Assembly: GCA_965603825.1 (NCBI GenBank)
Contig: CBFDEM010000036.1
Coordinates: forward strand, 988,431-1,052,430
Length of the DNA: 64,000 nt
Source: Blepharisma stoltei ATCC 30299
Lineage: Eukaryota; Protista; Ciliophora
Direction: 5' to 3'
Of the stretch, positions 12,701-25,859 are shown in pieces. Position numbers and translations under genes: made by a program. The first letter of the stretch is position 1. Each line of letters begins with the position of its first letter. The notes under the pieces were generated by a model. It did not search any database. It was given only the letters and a program-made list of their open reading frames with translations, and was not told where the DNA came from.

Positions 12701-15700
12701 CTCAAACTCTTTACTCCCAAAACATAATCTACATCAAAGTCCGGGGTGTAAAAAACCCTTCTGCCTCTTCCTCAGGGACTTTTACATTTAAAACCAAAAA
12801 TTCATCAGGCAGAACTATTGATATGGACTCCACAATCCCTGGAATTACCTTTACGACTGCTTACAGTACAAAATCTATTACAGACCTAGGCTTGTATTTA
12901 TACCCATCCTCTGCTAATGCTACAGCAATCTACGCATTTGAATTTCAAGCTTCTGAATATTTAGGAGCTGGAGGGACTATCCAAATAGTGTTCCCTTTAA
13001 CTCAGTTTGGGATATTGAAAACTCCTCCTATCTGTAGGATCACAAACTCTATATCAAGATATTCTTCCTGCTCAGCCACCGCCAGTACTGTTACTATAGT
13101 TACTGGGACTGACCCTATATCAGGAAAAGTCTTAATTTCTATATTAAATATCAGAAATTTCGACCAAGGCCAAAGCTCAGAATTTATGGTCACAACTTCT
13201 TATGATGGGGTTACTCTTCAACAGACGCCTTCTTCTACATATTTTGCTACTACAACGGCTCAGTCTCCATCACTTACTGTAACTTCTATTGTTTTTTTCC
13301 CTAAAAATGAAGGAGAACTGGCGACTTATCAGTTTTATTTTACCCCTAAATATGATATTGAGGAAGATGAGAGTATTGTGATAACTTTTCCTTTTCAGTT
13401 TGACCATGATTTGGGGGAGAATTTTTATTGCTGGGCGACAGGGATGACTGGGTATTTGGAGTGCTATTTGATTAGGTCGTATAACTTGATTGTGTCAAAA
13501 CATGACGCGTTTAAGGCGTGCTCAAGCTGCCAAATAGTGCTATATACTTATGGAATAAAAAATCCAAATTACAGCGGCTCAGCCACAGATTCAATAAAAA
13601 TAGGAATTTTAAGTGGAAGCTCTTATAAAGAATACAATGAATATGCCGGCACAATAACCACAGTTGCAGCTCCAAAGTACAACAACTTAATGAATACCAC
13701 CACAGATAACCTCTACGCTCGATATACAGGCACTTTTTTCTTCAATTTCACCACAACTAGCAGCATCCCAGTTTCCAGCAACGGCGGCGAAATTTGGGTA
13801 AAATTCCCTTCTGATTACGTTTTAATGGACTCAAATTTCCATTGTCGCTCTACCAATAGCTGGGCTGATGGACTTCCCAATTGCACTTTACAATATGACA
13901 CAATTCGGGTAAAAGGCCAAACAGCCCAATATAAAGGGAATTTAGGGCTTTATATTGACAATGTTCCGCATCCTTTACAAGAAGGCTTTGCAGGGTTTAT
14001 TGATGTAGAGATTTATGATGGGTTTAATTATATAATTCTTGATAGGAGCTACCCGAATTTGAATCCAAATCGGTTTAATTATTCGTACCCTGGGCCACTG
14101 CTACATGTAAACGGTGATGAAAATTTTGTGGTAAGGAGAGGGTGTATGTCAGAATTTATTACAATTACACTGGATTATCCATGCGGGCTGAATCTTACCC
14201 TTGTTCCAGCTTCGAATAAGTTTAATTTCTACCCTCCCAATATTTATATTAATACAGGCGACACCTCAGCTAGCTTTAGGGTCTCGATTCCTTCTGATAC
14301 TGAAGATACCGAATACGCTATTTCTTGGACCACCACAGGAGACTACACCCCTCCTTTTTACAGTCAAATTTTAGTATCCACTTTTAACGTCTCCAAAGAC
14401 ATTTCAGTCGCCATCACCCCTGAAGAAATCATGCCAATCCCGCTTGGCGGCAGCTCTTTTCCTATAAAAATTGTCCTTCAAAGTGCCCCTGACTCTGACA
14501 TCACAATTCAGCTTACAATTGACAGCTCCATTACAGGGATAACATTATCAGCTAACAGCCTGACCTATAAAGCTGAGGTCTATGACCAAAATTTTACCAT
14601 TTCAGTATCCAGTACTGTGACTGTCAAAAACTGCACAGTCCATTATTCAGTAAGTGGGACTAATGCAGACTCTTATTCTTTTACTGCAAATTCTCAGACT
14701 TTTGAAATCTTTAATGATACTGAAACTTTGGAAATTTTGAGTGTTTCACCTATAAATAATACAAGGGCAACTGCGACTATAAGGATTTCGACGACCAAGG
14801 TATGTACTTGCTATTATCAATATTCATTAAAAGGCACCACAAATCCAAGCCTTTCTGATGTCGTCGATAAGATAACCCCATTATCAACTACTAGGACTAT
14901 TTATGGCAGTGTCAGAATATTTAGTTCTTTATCAGAAGAAATCGTAATTACTGGGTTAACTGCACAAACTTACTATACAATTTATGTGTGGGGTATCGAT
15001 TTGTTAGGAAATTCGACTGAAACCTCCACAAATGCGGATTTTACGACATATGACCGGTATAAAGCAGCAGAAATTTCGCTGCAGTTTGGCCAGTCTTATG
15101 TAAATTCTGTTGAAATTTCTACAATTGCGGCTGAAATTTCGCTGTTGTTAAGTATTCATCCTTGGAGGGTGCTAAATGTCCCAGTTCCGGAAGTAGAAAA
15201 CCTGAGCAGTACTAGTGTTACTTTTTATATAATGGACAAGCCAGATTCTGATGCTTATCCAGAGCCTATTGATATGGTTCCAATTCTATCTGCAGCTAAA
15301 GGTAAGCTGAGCTCTAGCCTTAATAACTTTAATGCTGCCCAAACTATTACAGGGACTGAATTAGTGATTAAGGAATGCGCATTTTCGACTTATCCTTATG
15401 TTTTAAACTCAAGTGACTATAAAAGTATATCATTTTCAGCTGCACTAGAAAATGATGGGTATATTTATTCTATATTAGAACTCACTAATACCTCTAAAAA
15501 GGTCCCTTATTCTTTTCAAGTTTTTAATGGGAATAATTATGCGAATAAGCCTGCTATGAGTATTAAAGCACAAGCTACTGCAGGAGTGGCTGTGAATTCT
15601 ACATATTCAAGCCTATCCCAATACACGCAGTACACTCTAAATGTGATTTGTACGAATACTTATCCTATTTTCCCTGACGTTGCGTATGATTCAGGAGTAG

Positions 15701-15804
15701 CCACCATTATACATATAACGCCTAAGAAGCCAAACCCAACTCCTTTGAATATAAATAGCGCAGCTATCTTGCCTTTACTTGCTTTCTTATTGTTTATTTT
15801 TTAA
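9799..15804 (+). CDS. large secreted, probably GPI-anchored, Ser/Thr-rich beta-sandwich repeat surface protein, 2001 aa
   Basis: Four track ORFs in one frame joined by TGA (10369, 10714, 11215). It has a signal peptide, repeats of the form YxFxF...GGxIxIxFP...C..C...IxNP, FN3-like segments near the C-terminus and a short hydrophobic C-terminal tail. Confidence 0.85.
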
Positions 15805-15901
15805 ATAACAATTATTTTATACTATTTTATCCATTCCTATCTCTCTAAACTCCTAATTCTTACTGCTAAAATCACTAAAAAACAGATTAATTTTAAAATA
15901 T

Positions 15902-16984
15902 TTATCCCTGGTACAGCTTTTCTGTGATCAGCTCCAAAATTTTTTCTCTTTTCGTCAGCTCATCCATAAACTTCTGCTTCAAATAGTCATTAAGCTTCTT
16001 AATCGAGCTCATTTTGACCTGCTGCACGTGCTCTTTAGTATCTTCATAGCATTCCTGTATCAATTTAAACAATTCTCCTTTATTTTCCACTTCTCGCCTA
16101 TACGCTTCTCTAGCAGCCCTTGCGTTATTTTTTTCCACTTTTAGCTGTCTTTGTAGCTTATACACATAATTTTGTGTATTTAAAGAGCTGATTTCTTCTC
16201 TTTCAGTATTTATAGGGTTATTTACCATAGCAGGGGATACTCTTTTGTCAGAAATACAGTCAGGAGGGATCGTGCTCAGGCTTCTCGGCATCTCAATCGG
16301 TGGCAACTTCATTTTTTTCTTTTTCAGCTTAAAAAGTTTGTCTTGGAGTCCTTTAATCTCTATATCTCTTTCTTTTAAATTTATTGCCAGCTTTTTATTT
16401 TCTCTTTCTAAGCTGTTATTCTTTGATTCTATCATAAAAACTGACGCTTTTAGCAGCTCAAGCTCTTCTGTCAATTTTATTTCTTTTTCAGCCAAGCTGT
16501 CAATAAACTCGAATTTTTCCTTTTTTTCCTTTTCCAGCTGTTTGCTGATTTCTTTTAATTTTGTATTAAAAATAGCCCCTAAGGCTTCTTCTTTTTGTGA
16601 TAACATTTCTTGGACTTTGTCTTTCATAAGCTCGATACTGTCGAATAGGTTCTCATAGGAGCCTGAGACTGATTTTACGTCATCTTTGGAAAGCTTGAAA
16701 ATGCTTTTGCGTCCGGAGAGCTCGTCTTGGTAGCCTCTGATTAAATTTTTGAAGCTTATTTCTGCTTTCATGGCTTGGCTGTCTTTCTTTTGAAGAAATT
16801 CCAAATGGGTGCTGAGTTTGAGGTTTTCGCGTTTTAATGCGTCGTTTTCTTTTTGGAGGTCAGAAATTTGGTTTTGGAAACGGAGGATTTGGTCACGTAT
16901 TGTGGCGCCTGGGTTTTTTAGCAGAGGGGATTTTGATTCTGTAAGAATATCGTCTTTGGATTTTGACTTTAAGAGAGAGTCCAT
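15902..16984 (-). CDS. coiled-coil protein, 360 aa
   Basis: Long ATG-TAA ORF with heptad E/K/L-rich composition. Confidence 0.8.
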   Translation of the reverse strand: MDSLLKSKSKDDILTESKSPLLKNPGATIRDQILRFQNQISDLQKENDALKRENLKLSTHLEFLQKKDSQAMKAEISFKNLIRGYQDELSGRKSIFKLSKDDVKSVSGSYENLFDSIELMKDKVQEMLSQKEEALGAIFNTKLKEISKQLEKEKKEKFEFIDSLAEKEIKLTEELELLKASVFMIESKNNSLERENKKLAINLKERDIEIKGLQDKLFKLKKKKMKLPPIEMPRSLSTIPPDCISDKRVSPAMVNNPINTEREEISSLNTQNYVYKLQRQLKVEKNNARAAREAYRREVENKGELFKLIQECYEDTKEHVQQVKMSSIKKLNDYLKQKFMDELTKREKILELITEKLYQG

Positions 16985-17164
16985 AGAGAATTATTTTGAT
17001 GGCAATATTATTATTTTTGGTTGGCTTAAGTAGGCATAAGAAATTGAGTCGTTTTAGGGCTAGAAATGCTAGAAATGTAGATTACTAAGTATAGGATGAT
17101 AATTATAATCTGTCATATCTATAATATTTTTTTAGATATAATAGCGTTTTCGTACCAAAGTAAA

Positions 17165-17545
17165 AAGAGATTGTCCTGTGGATTTTCCATCAAAAATTCT
17201 GAATTAATGGAGAGAAAAGTGAACCACTTGTGCGGAGCTGTATAGGGAAATGATGAGTGTTGGAGATCGATGAAGTGAAATCGAGAACTTAAATAGAAAT
17301 TGGCCATGGAGTTTTTTGAAGCTGAAGATGAGATTTTGTTAACCAAAAAGTTCAGGATTTTTGGCGGCCCACCTTGGATTAGTAATGTGTAAGTTGGTGA
17401 TTCATTGAAGATCTAAAGCATTTTAGAAGTGCGGAATTGCAATAGAAAGTATAAATTGGTCAATTGGAACTTTGCTTGTGAAAGATGTGCAATTTTGCAA
17501 GAAAGAAAGAGAGTCTGATATCTATCAGCGGTAAAGTCTTAATAA
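17165..17545 (+). ncRNA. putative structured non-coding RNA, copy A (unidentified family)
   Basis: No credible ORF in either code. Nested stems rich in G-U pairs on the + strand, with the same ordered motifs as 25860-26245 (see findings). Confidence 0.4.
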
Positions 17546-17840
17546 CAGTAATAATCTTTCATATCTGCAAAATAATGGAAAATAGTATAATAATATTAGA
17601 AGCATATTAATATGCTTTAGGTAATCAGTTCTATATAGAAATAAATTATTTTTTAAATATCTAGACATCCTATAATAATTGCTAATTAAATTCTATTTTT
17701 ATATATCGTTGATGCTTTATTTCATGGTTTTATACTATAAACCTCTAAGTGTATCACAAATAACCCCATAAAAAGGCTCTTAACCTTCATTTCTACTTAT
17801 TATCTATTTTTAATAAGTTACACTATCCTATCATAATAAC

Positions 17841-19721
17841 ATGGATTCCAAAGTCCAAGAATTTGACTCTATATGAGTCCTATCAAATTTATGAAAAGAA
17901 AAATCCCTCTTCAAAACCAAGCTTCCCCTCCCTGACACCTTATTATCAGACGCCTTTGCAAGATACTCAGTCAGGTGATTATTTACAGATTCCAGCGGAT
18001 TTATTAAAAAGAAATGCGACGAAAGCACAAAAACCGAGACCATTCTGCATCGATTTTTATTAGGAGAAGATCTAAATACAATCTCGTCACAGCCACAGGT
18101 GGATCTACATCATCATAAGGTTTCTGAGCCTATTATTTCTTCGTATATCTCGTATAACGATTTTCACCCACTTACAAAGCAGCAGACTATTATTAAAATT
18201 ACAAGTGGCGTAGGCACATCAGAAGCTATACAAATGCTGCCAAGGCCAAATGGAGACTATAGCAGCCGGTTTTTAGCTGAAGTTAGAAAAGATGAAGGGA
18301 GAAATATTTATAAGTTTTATAAAACTTATAATTATCAAGGAGTCGAGCAAAAAATTGTCGTTTGTGGGGCAAAATACAAAAAATTCTTGACTGATTTAAG
18401 CGAAATTGTTATTGAAGCACTTCAAAAAAACACGTCATTTAGGATCTTACAAGCCACTTTTTGCTTTGTGGAAGATGAAAAATTCAATCTCTGGTTTCTT
18501 GGCAGCTTAAACTGCTATGGAAAACATGTGACAATTAAACCAAAGCCCAGCTTAAAAGAAATCATCGTCGACCCTATGGCCAGCACATACTCTTTTGGAG
18601 GGCCAAGTGTGTATAATCAAACACTTGGCGGTTTTTATACAAAAGCAAGCTATTCAGCAGCAGGACTTGGCCTTAAAACAACCCTAAAACGAGGCTGCCC
18701 AGGCAGTTTTTGCAATTTTGTTATAAAAAGTAAGGCTCAGCTCACAAAAGATGAAATGGACTATGACGATCTATTAAATGAGGTCAGAAAAATCTATATA
18801 AATGGTCTTGAAAAAGAGTACACAAGGATGAAACTTTCCCTTAGATCTGATTATTTGCTTAAAGAAATTTCCAATAAAAAGCTTAAAGCAGTAAAAAATG
18901 ATATCCCTTATAAATACATTTTATTTGGGAAATTATTATTAGAAAAATCAGGGATAAAAAAACAAGACCAGCTAGTCGAAGTTGATGCAAATCAGCTACG
19001 TCGGTCTTTATTAATAAAAGACCAAGAGCTCCTCGAAGACAGACTTAATTTAAACGAGCTAGGTCTTAAAAACCCATTTCACTATTACGACATTGTACAA
19101 GTATGTGACCGATGCTACGAAATTTATAAGTTATTAAGAAACAACAACCCTGAAGACAATTCAATAGAAAAAAATGAAAGATTGTCTCTACGGGCGTCAA
19201 GACCAATGACAGGGTCTCGGCCAATGACGTCAAAATCAAAGAACTCTCGGCCATCGCTCATGACCCAGAGCTCAACTGCTAGCATTGTAGTCCATTCTTC
19301 AAAGTCCAATAGGACTCATGACAATCTTTCGACTATTGCGACTGAGAGAAGAAGAAGCTCTCTTATTACGCCCATAGGGATGATTGATAAAGATAATATT
19401 GACGATTTATTGACTGACATGGACCATTTAATGCTAGAAGAAGAACTTGACTCAAAAATCGTAAACAGAAATATCAATTATTGGTCGAAGTCGTTAAAAA
19501 GGACTAAAACAAATATGGCAGAGGCACAGAGCGTTAAAAACACCCCTCTAATTGACACGAAAAAAGTAAAGGACACAAATTTTGAAGCGCTGACTATGAA
19601 ACTTTTTCCGGACGCCAATCCGGATTTCTATCAAAGTCATAAGAAAAAAAAGAATTTTAAATATTATATCAAATCCCTCAAAGAAGATAAGTTTGAAAAG
19701 AAAAAAGATAATTACTTATAA
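17841..19721 (+). CDS. uncharacterised protein with a degenerate ATP-grasp-like N-terminal region and Cys motifs (CPGSFC...VCDRCY), 626 aa
   Basis: ATG 17841 is in frame with the 18099 ORF through three TGA codons; motifs LPLPDTLL, WLFTDSSGFIKKK and FVEDEKFNLWFLG. Confidence 0.75.
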
Positions 19722-19766
19722 TTGACATAATAAATTCAAATCTCTTTTAAGTACACTTAGGATAAA

Positions 19767-22700
19767 ATGGACCAGCTAAGCGATCCTTATGCGGTATATT
19801 CAGAGCTGCTTACATCAGCCTTCGAAAAAATAAACAAGCACTTACAAAACTGAAAGCACAAAGAACTGCATGAAAGCTACATGTCTGCTTTAGAAAAAGC
19901 CAAAACAGACCGATCTTTAAACGCTGATCAATATTTTCCAATCCTTAAGCAAGCCTTGGACACAAAAATTACAAGTATCATTGAAACCGTTCTGTATTAC
20001 ATTCAAAAATTAATTTCACATGGATTTATGACTGGGAATTCCATTGATCCAGCGACCTCACAAAGATTGGTCGATTCAATCGTAGAAAGTGTCTGTAATT
20101 GTGTAAGAGAAAGAGACGACAATGTTCAGCTGCAAGTCATAAAAACACTACTAACAATGGTTACTAGCTTTAACTGTGAGATCCATGACAAAATGCTATT
20201 AGAAGCTTTTAGAGCTTGTTATCATATACACATTACCAGCAATAATTTAGTTAACCAAACAACATCTAAAGCCACCCTAACTCAAATGCTGCATTCCTTA
20301 TTCCAAAAAATGGAAAGAGCTTCAACTAGCTTCAATAAAGAGCCAGTAGACTACATGATAAAATCCTTAGTCCGGCTAATGGTCGACAAAATAGAGCTAC
20401 AGCAAATTGACCAAGACTCAGCTGATACCAAAATTACAAATGAAAATGATATAGAAGCTGGAACCTATGGGTGGTGCACAGTCTGCAGAAAGCCTGCAGA
20501 GTCTTTATGTGACCTGACCTCTGACCCTATTTGTTCAGACTCCTGCAAAGAAGTCAACCTAAAAAACATAGATTCTGCAGACCAGTGCTTAATTGGCAGC
20601 GAAAATGAAAGATTTACTGACGCTTTAGTAGTTTTTAGGTCTATATGCAAACTCAGCCAAAAAGAATTGTCAAAGTAAGAAATATTTAGCACAACCCCAA
20701 ACTTGACGTTTAAGTCTAAAGTTTTGTCATTAGAGCTCTTATTGACACTTATTGATAACCCTGGGCCTGTATTTTCGTCTCATCCGCAGTTTTTAGAAGT
20801 CTTAAAAGGGACTTTATGCGAAAGTTTATTACAGAACTCATTTTCATATGAAACTACTACCTTTGCATTAACTTTGTCTATTTTTGTTGCACTGGTAAAT
20901 AATTTCAGAAGCAGCTTGAAAACAGAAATCGGGGTATTTTTGGATCAAATTTTTATATTTTTGTTAGAAAGCGATAATGCATCTTATCAACAGAAATTAT
21001 TAGTAATACAAGTTTTCTATCAAATTGCTCAAAACCCTAGGGTAGCGCTCGAGCTGTTTTTAAATTATGACTGCGATATTGATGAAAAAGATGTGTTTAC
21101 CAGAATGATCGATAATTTAGGAAAAATCGCTATTGGGAAGCATAAAGGAGACCACCAGACAAACCCTCAAGATCTTGTCCTTCGTGCTACTGCATTAGAA
21201 ACTCTTGAAAAAATCGTGGTTTCTCTTGTAGCTTGAATTGAAGAAAGCCCTTCAAACACCAAAAATGATGACAGTCATGATGACAGTGAGTCAGCAAGCG
21301 ACATGACCTCAGAAATCCCTATAATTGCGCTAGACCCTTATGAAAAAGCTAAACAGCTTAAAGCAATATATGCTAGAGCTGCTTCAAAATTCAAGATAAA
21401 GCCATCGTCAGCTATCAATTACCTTTCTCAATGCTCTTTATTAGACTCTACTAATAAAAAAGAAATTGCTGATTACCTTAAAAGCTCAGAATTAGACAAA
21501 ACTCAGCTTGGAGACTATTTAGGAGAATTCAAACAGTTTAACTTAGAAGTCCTTCAAGAGTATTGCCAATTATTTGATTTTAGGAGCTGTTCACTGGTGA
21601 GAGGCTTAAGAGTATTTTTATCAAGTTTTAGACTTCCAGGAGAAGGACAAAAAGTTGACAGAATCATGCAGACTTTTGCAGCGAAATTTCATAATGATAA
21701 CCCAAATATTTTTTCTAATGCTGATGCAGCTTATGTTTTGTCGTTTTCTATTATGATGCTGCAGACAAATTTGCATAATCCAGCTGTTACTGATAAAATG
21801 CAGTTGCATCAATTTATAAAAAATAATGAAGGCACAAATAATGGGCAGAATTTCCCTGATGACTTATTAGAAGCTATTTATAAAGAAGTCAAAGAAAATC
21901 CATTTACATTACAAGAAGATGACGAAGCTAGAGTGAAATTAGAAAGCACAGGAAAAAAGAAAAATGAAATTTTTGCCAAAGAATCACAACTAGTCATGAA
22001 AAAAGGCCAAGAACTAATGAGGAAAACCAAAAGAAACAACACCTATCATATTTCTAACGATGTAGAACATATAAAAACTCTATTTGAAGCTATCTGGCAG
22101 CCTCTTATAGCAACTTTTTCAATAGTGCTGGAAGAAGCCACCGACCCCAATTTCTGAAGACTTTCTCTCCAAGGCTATTTAGCCTGCATAAGAATTGCTT
22201 GTCGCTTTGGACTTAATCTAGAAGTCGAAATTTTAGTATCTTCTCTAGCCAAATCTACCTCTTTATTGCAAACCCACAGCACAGTTTCTGATAAAAACGT
22301 AGAATGCATGAAAGCCTTACTAGAAATTGCCAGATACCAAGCCAATTTTTTAAAAAAATCTTGAATACACGTACTAAAATGTCTATCAAAATTAGACCAT
22401 TTACATATGATAAGTTCTGGGGTAGAATATAATGGGATTGTAAGTGAAATGGATCATACAATTTCAGAAAACGTGTCAAGCAAAATAATCCCAGATGATA
22501 TTGACTATGTATTTAGTGCTTCTGAATATATGGATGATGACTCAATTATAGATTTTGTGATTCAGTTAATTGAAGTTTCTAAAGCAGAATTAAATTCTGA
22601 TACCTCTCAAACTTTTTGTATTAAAGCTCTAGTAAATGTCGCCCATGTGAATATGAATAGGATTCGCTATGTCTGGGGAAGAATTTGGAACCATTTAAAA

Positions 22701-24257
22701 GAACATTTTTCGAAAGCTGGGCTGCATCCTGATATTTCTGTAGCTATTTTTGCAATAGACTCTCTTAAACAACTGGCTATGAAATTTTTGCAAATTGAAG
22801 AAATGGCTGATTTTCACTTCCAAATGGGCTTTCTGGAAGCTTTTGAGCTGATAATGAAGAATACTCCAAGTGAGCATGTAAAAGAGCTTGTGGTAAATTG
22901 CATCGCAAATCTTGTAAAAATGCTGTCCCAAAATATAAAATCAGGCTGGTTTTCTATATTTGAAATATTCAGGCTCGCTTTAAGAGGTAAAAATGAAGCA
23001 GCTACTCAGCTTGCATTTTCTGCAATAGAATATGTAGTAAGTACTCATTTAAGCCTGCTCTCCAATAACATGCAAGAACTTGTATACTGTTTGTGTGCTT
23101 TTGCTTCAAGCGGAAATGAACAATACTGTTTAAGAAGCATGGATTTAATAGGGAACTGCCTACAAGAGACTGCAAGAGGGACTATAAAAGGCGACTATTG
23201 GCTGCCTTTATTATCAGAAATTTCATCAAAATTATTAGCTGAAAATACAAATATAGAAAATAAAGCCTTGATAATTTTATTTGAAAGTTTAGATGCCATG
23301 GGAGACGTTTTTGACTCGGAAAAATGAAAATTAATATACACTGGAGTGATTCTGCCTGTTTTTGACGATTTTGAAGGAGGATTACAAGCTAGTAAACAAT
23401 GGATAAGCTCCACCTGCCAAAAAATTTTGCTTTTATTTGTAAAACTCCTTGTCGATCATTATTCCAGCTTAAAGTTCTTGATTCCTGATTTTTTGAACTT
23501 GTTACAAACTGGGGTGTGTACATGCCAAGAGCAAATTGCAAGAGTCTGCACCAATGCTTTTAACCAACTCGTCACCAATTTGCCAGACTCTTTAGAATTC
23601 TCAGCCTTAATGCTTTCTTTTCTATCAAACTGCCTTAAAGGAACCCTCCCAGAAGAATTGCTTATAGAGCCAATAAATAATGAGCTACAGTTTGATGCAA
23701 ATAAATGCATAGAAAAATGCATGATTCAGCTCCATATAATTGCGTCAAGTAAAATAATTTCAGCAAATTTATCAATATTTAGCGATGAGTCACTAAAAGA
23801 ACTCTCAACAACTTTAAAGGAATCTTATAGGTTTTCCAAAGGATTTAACTGCAGGGTAGACTTAAGGCAAAGACTGTGGCAAGCTGGACTATTGAAACAC
23901 ATGAAAACGCTACCAGGGATTTTTAAGCAAGAAAAAGAAAGCTTGGCAGTTTATTTAGATATTTTGTTAGCCATTGTAGCAAGAGATGAGAAAAGCAAAG
24001 AAGAACTTTACTGTCTAAGTGAAGAAATTATTGCAGAAATTTTAGATAAAGGCAAACTGTCAAAAGACAGAGCTGACGAAGTCCTTGCTCTCTACCCTGT
24101 AGTCGCTGGAACCTTATTGCCAGGAATTTCAAAAGATTTAAAAACAGTAATGAAAAGAATGGGAAGGCTAATTGTTGACCTTATCCAAGTAGAAGACCAA
24201 GCCGTCAGAGAAGAAGTAAGAAAAATGCTGATAATGGCAATAGAATTTATTAATTAA
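19767..24257 (+). CDS. BIG/Sec7-type large ARF guanine-nucleotide exchange factor, about 1491 aa, one 15-nt intron
   Basis: DCB region, HUS box LFLNYDCD, Sec7 motifs FRLPGEGQKVDRIM and AYVLSFSIMMLQTNLHN, and HDS regions (NMNRIRYVW, DSLKQLAMKFL, NIKSGW). Continuous when TGA=Trp and 20675-20689 is spliced. Confidence 0.95.
20675..20689 (+). other. 15-nt spliceosomal intron
   Basis: gtaagaaatatttag; removal eliminates the in-frame TAA and restores the Sec7 gene frame. Confidence 0.9.
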
Positions 24258-24337
24258 AATTATAAATGATTCTCATAAAGGGGCAGAAACGGCTCTTAAA
24301 TCAACTATAAAAATGAACCCATTTTCCAATAAAACTC

Positions 24338-25435
24338 ATGAAGAAGCATTTTTCGATCCTACCCACATTAATTTTGTTATGCCTTGCAATTGGGCTTGAT
24401 ATTGGGTTTAAATACGATTTAAAACACAGTGGGACTGGCTTTACAGAAGAAATCCAAGACGGCGAAAGTTTAGGCCAAGACATAATTTCCTTTATTTTTG
24501 TGCAGGTAAGGGTTGTTATAACCTTGCTTATTTGGTACATGACCTATGAAATTTCGCCTGCTTTGGGGATGGAAATTATCATTGTGTGGATTATGTCGAG
24601 AATTTTTACGGATATTGCGAAACTTTTGTATGCTGACCCAAGGCCGTATTGGTATGATGACGATATTGAAGCGAAAGAGTGCAATTTTGACTGGGGAAAC
24701 CCTTCTGGGCATACTTTAGGAATTTGTACAGTTTTGATATATGCGGCTTATAAGCTGAAAAATCTTGGAATTTGGAAATATCCGGTGGTAGGGGTTTATA
24801 TTTTGTATGTGGGCTATATAAGGGTGTATTTTGGGGAACATTTTTATTCACAGGTGGTTTTAGCATTGTTTTTTGCGGTGTTTATTATTAATGTAGTGAT
24901 TGTTTATGAAAAAGAATTAGGAGATTATGTAAGCAGTTTGAATACTTCTAAGCCGGTTATAATCCTGCATTTAGCTTGCACAGGAATTTACACTCTTGGC
25001 GCTTTTATTTTACTAGTAAGATTCCCTGGATGGGGCGAAGACTGAACTGACAATATTGACGACGAATGTGACCAAGACATCGACGAATGAGACGCCGCTC
25101 TCGAAACCTTAGCTGGTCTCGGCGCTATTTTTTATGCATGTGGAGCCTCACTAGGCTACTACTGCCTCAACCAATACCACCTAGACTTATGATATAACGT
25201 AAGAAGCTCCAAAAAAAGTTTAGGTAGGCTTGGCCTCCTCATTCTTGGCATATTAATCACCCATTTCTTTTTCTTTATCTTCATCTACGGCACTTATCAA
25301 GTCCTTGCTCTTTTTATTATCATTTATTTTGAATATGTCAATGGCTTTTTATTTATGTTTATCATCCCTTATATCTCAGAAAAGCTGAAACTTAACAAAG
25401 AGCCTGAAGAAAGGCCTATTCTTAATCAAAATTAA
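24338..25435 (+). CDS. PAP2-superfamily integral membrane phosphatase (G6Pase-like), 365 aa
   Basis: Motifs KxxxxxxRP, PSGH and IRVYFGEH; reads through three TGA codons to TAA 25433. Confidence 0.88.
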
Positions 25436-25455
25436 CATAAATATGACTAAATTAA

Positions 25456-25833
25456 TTATGCATCTTCAAATTTCTCATCTTCATCTAGCTCTTCGTCGAA
25501 CTTGTGCTGCTGCAGCAGCTGCTTTGCATAGGAAATTTCTCCGTGATAATGCTGCTTTCTTCGTTCTTCGAATTCTTGCTTTTTTCGGACTTTTTCGAGT
25601 TCTTTAGAAGCGTCATTGAGGACTTCTTCAGTTCTTATTTCTTCGTTTACTTCTTCTATGTCCATATAATTATATGGGGTTTTTGGCTCAGTTACCTTCA
25701 TTCTGGTGCCTCTTTCTTTGTCATGCTCTTTAATTACTTCTTCATCTCATTGGATCCCTCTTCGATGATCTTGTTTTTGTCTTTCTTCAAGAGCAGCTCT
25801 TTCTTGATTTTCCCTAGCTTTTTCGACTTCCAT
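25456..25833 (-). CDS. PPP1R2: protein phosphatase 1 inhibitor-2 (IPP-2/Glc8-like), 125 aa
   Basis: IQ-W(TGA)-DE, MKVTEPKTPY and FEERRKQHY motifs; ATG at 25833. Confidence 0.88.
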
Positions 25834-25859
25834 ATTATAATTAAAAAATTGGTTTAGTT

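Noticed and set aside
17119-17346. 75-aa minus-strand ORF, and a C/D snoRNA reading (atgatga 17250, ctga 17322/17516)
   Set aside because: The ORF has a TTG start and no motifs. The C box is not present in copy B and I could not identify an rRNA guide, so the region is left as an unclassified RNA candidate.
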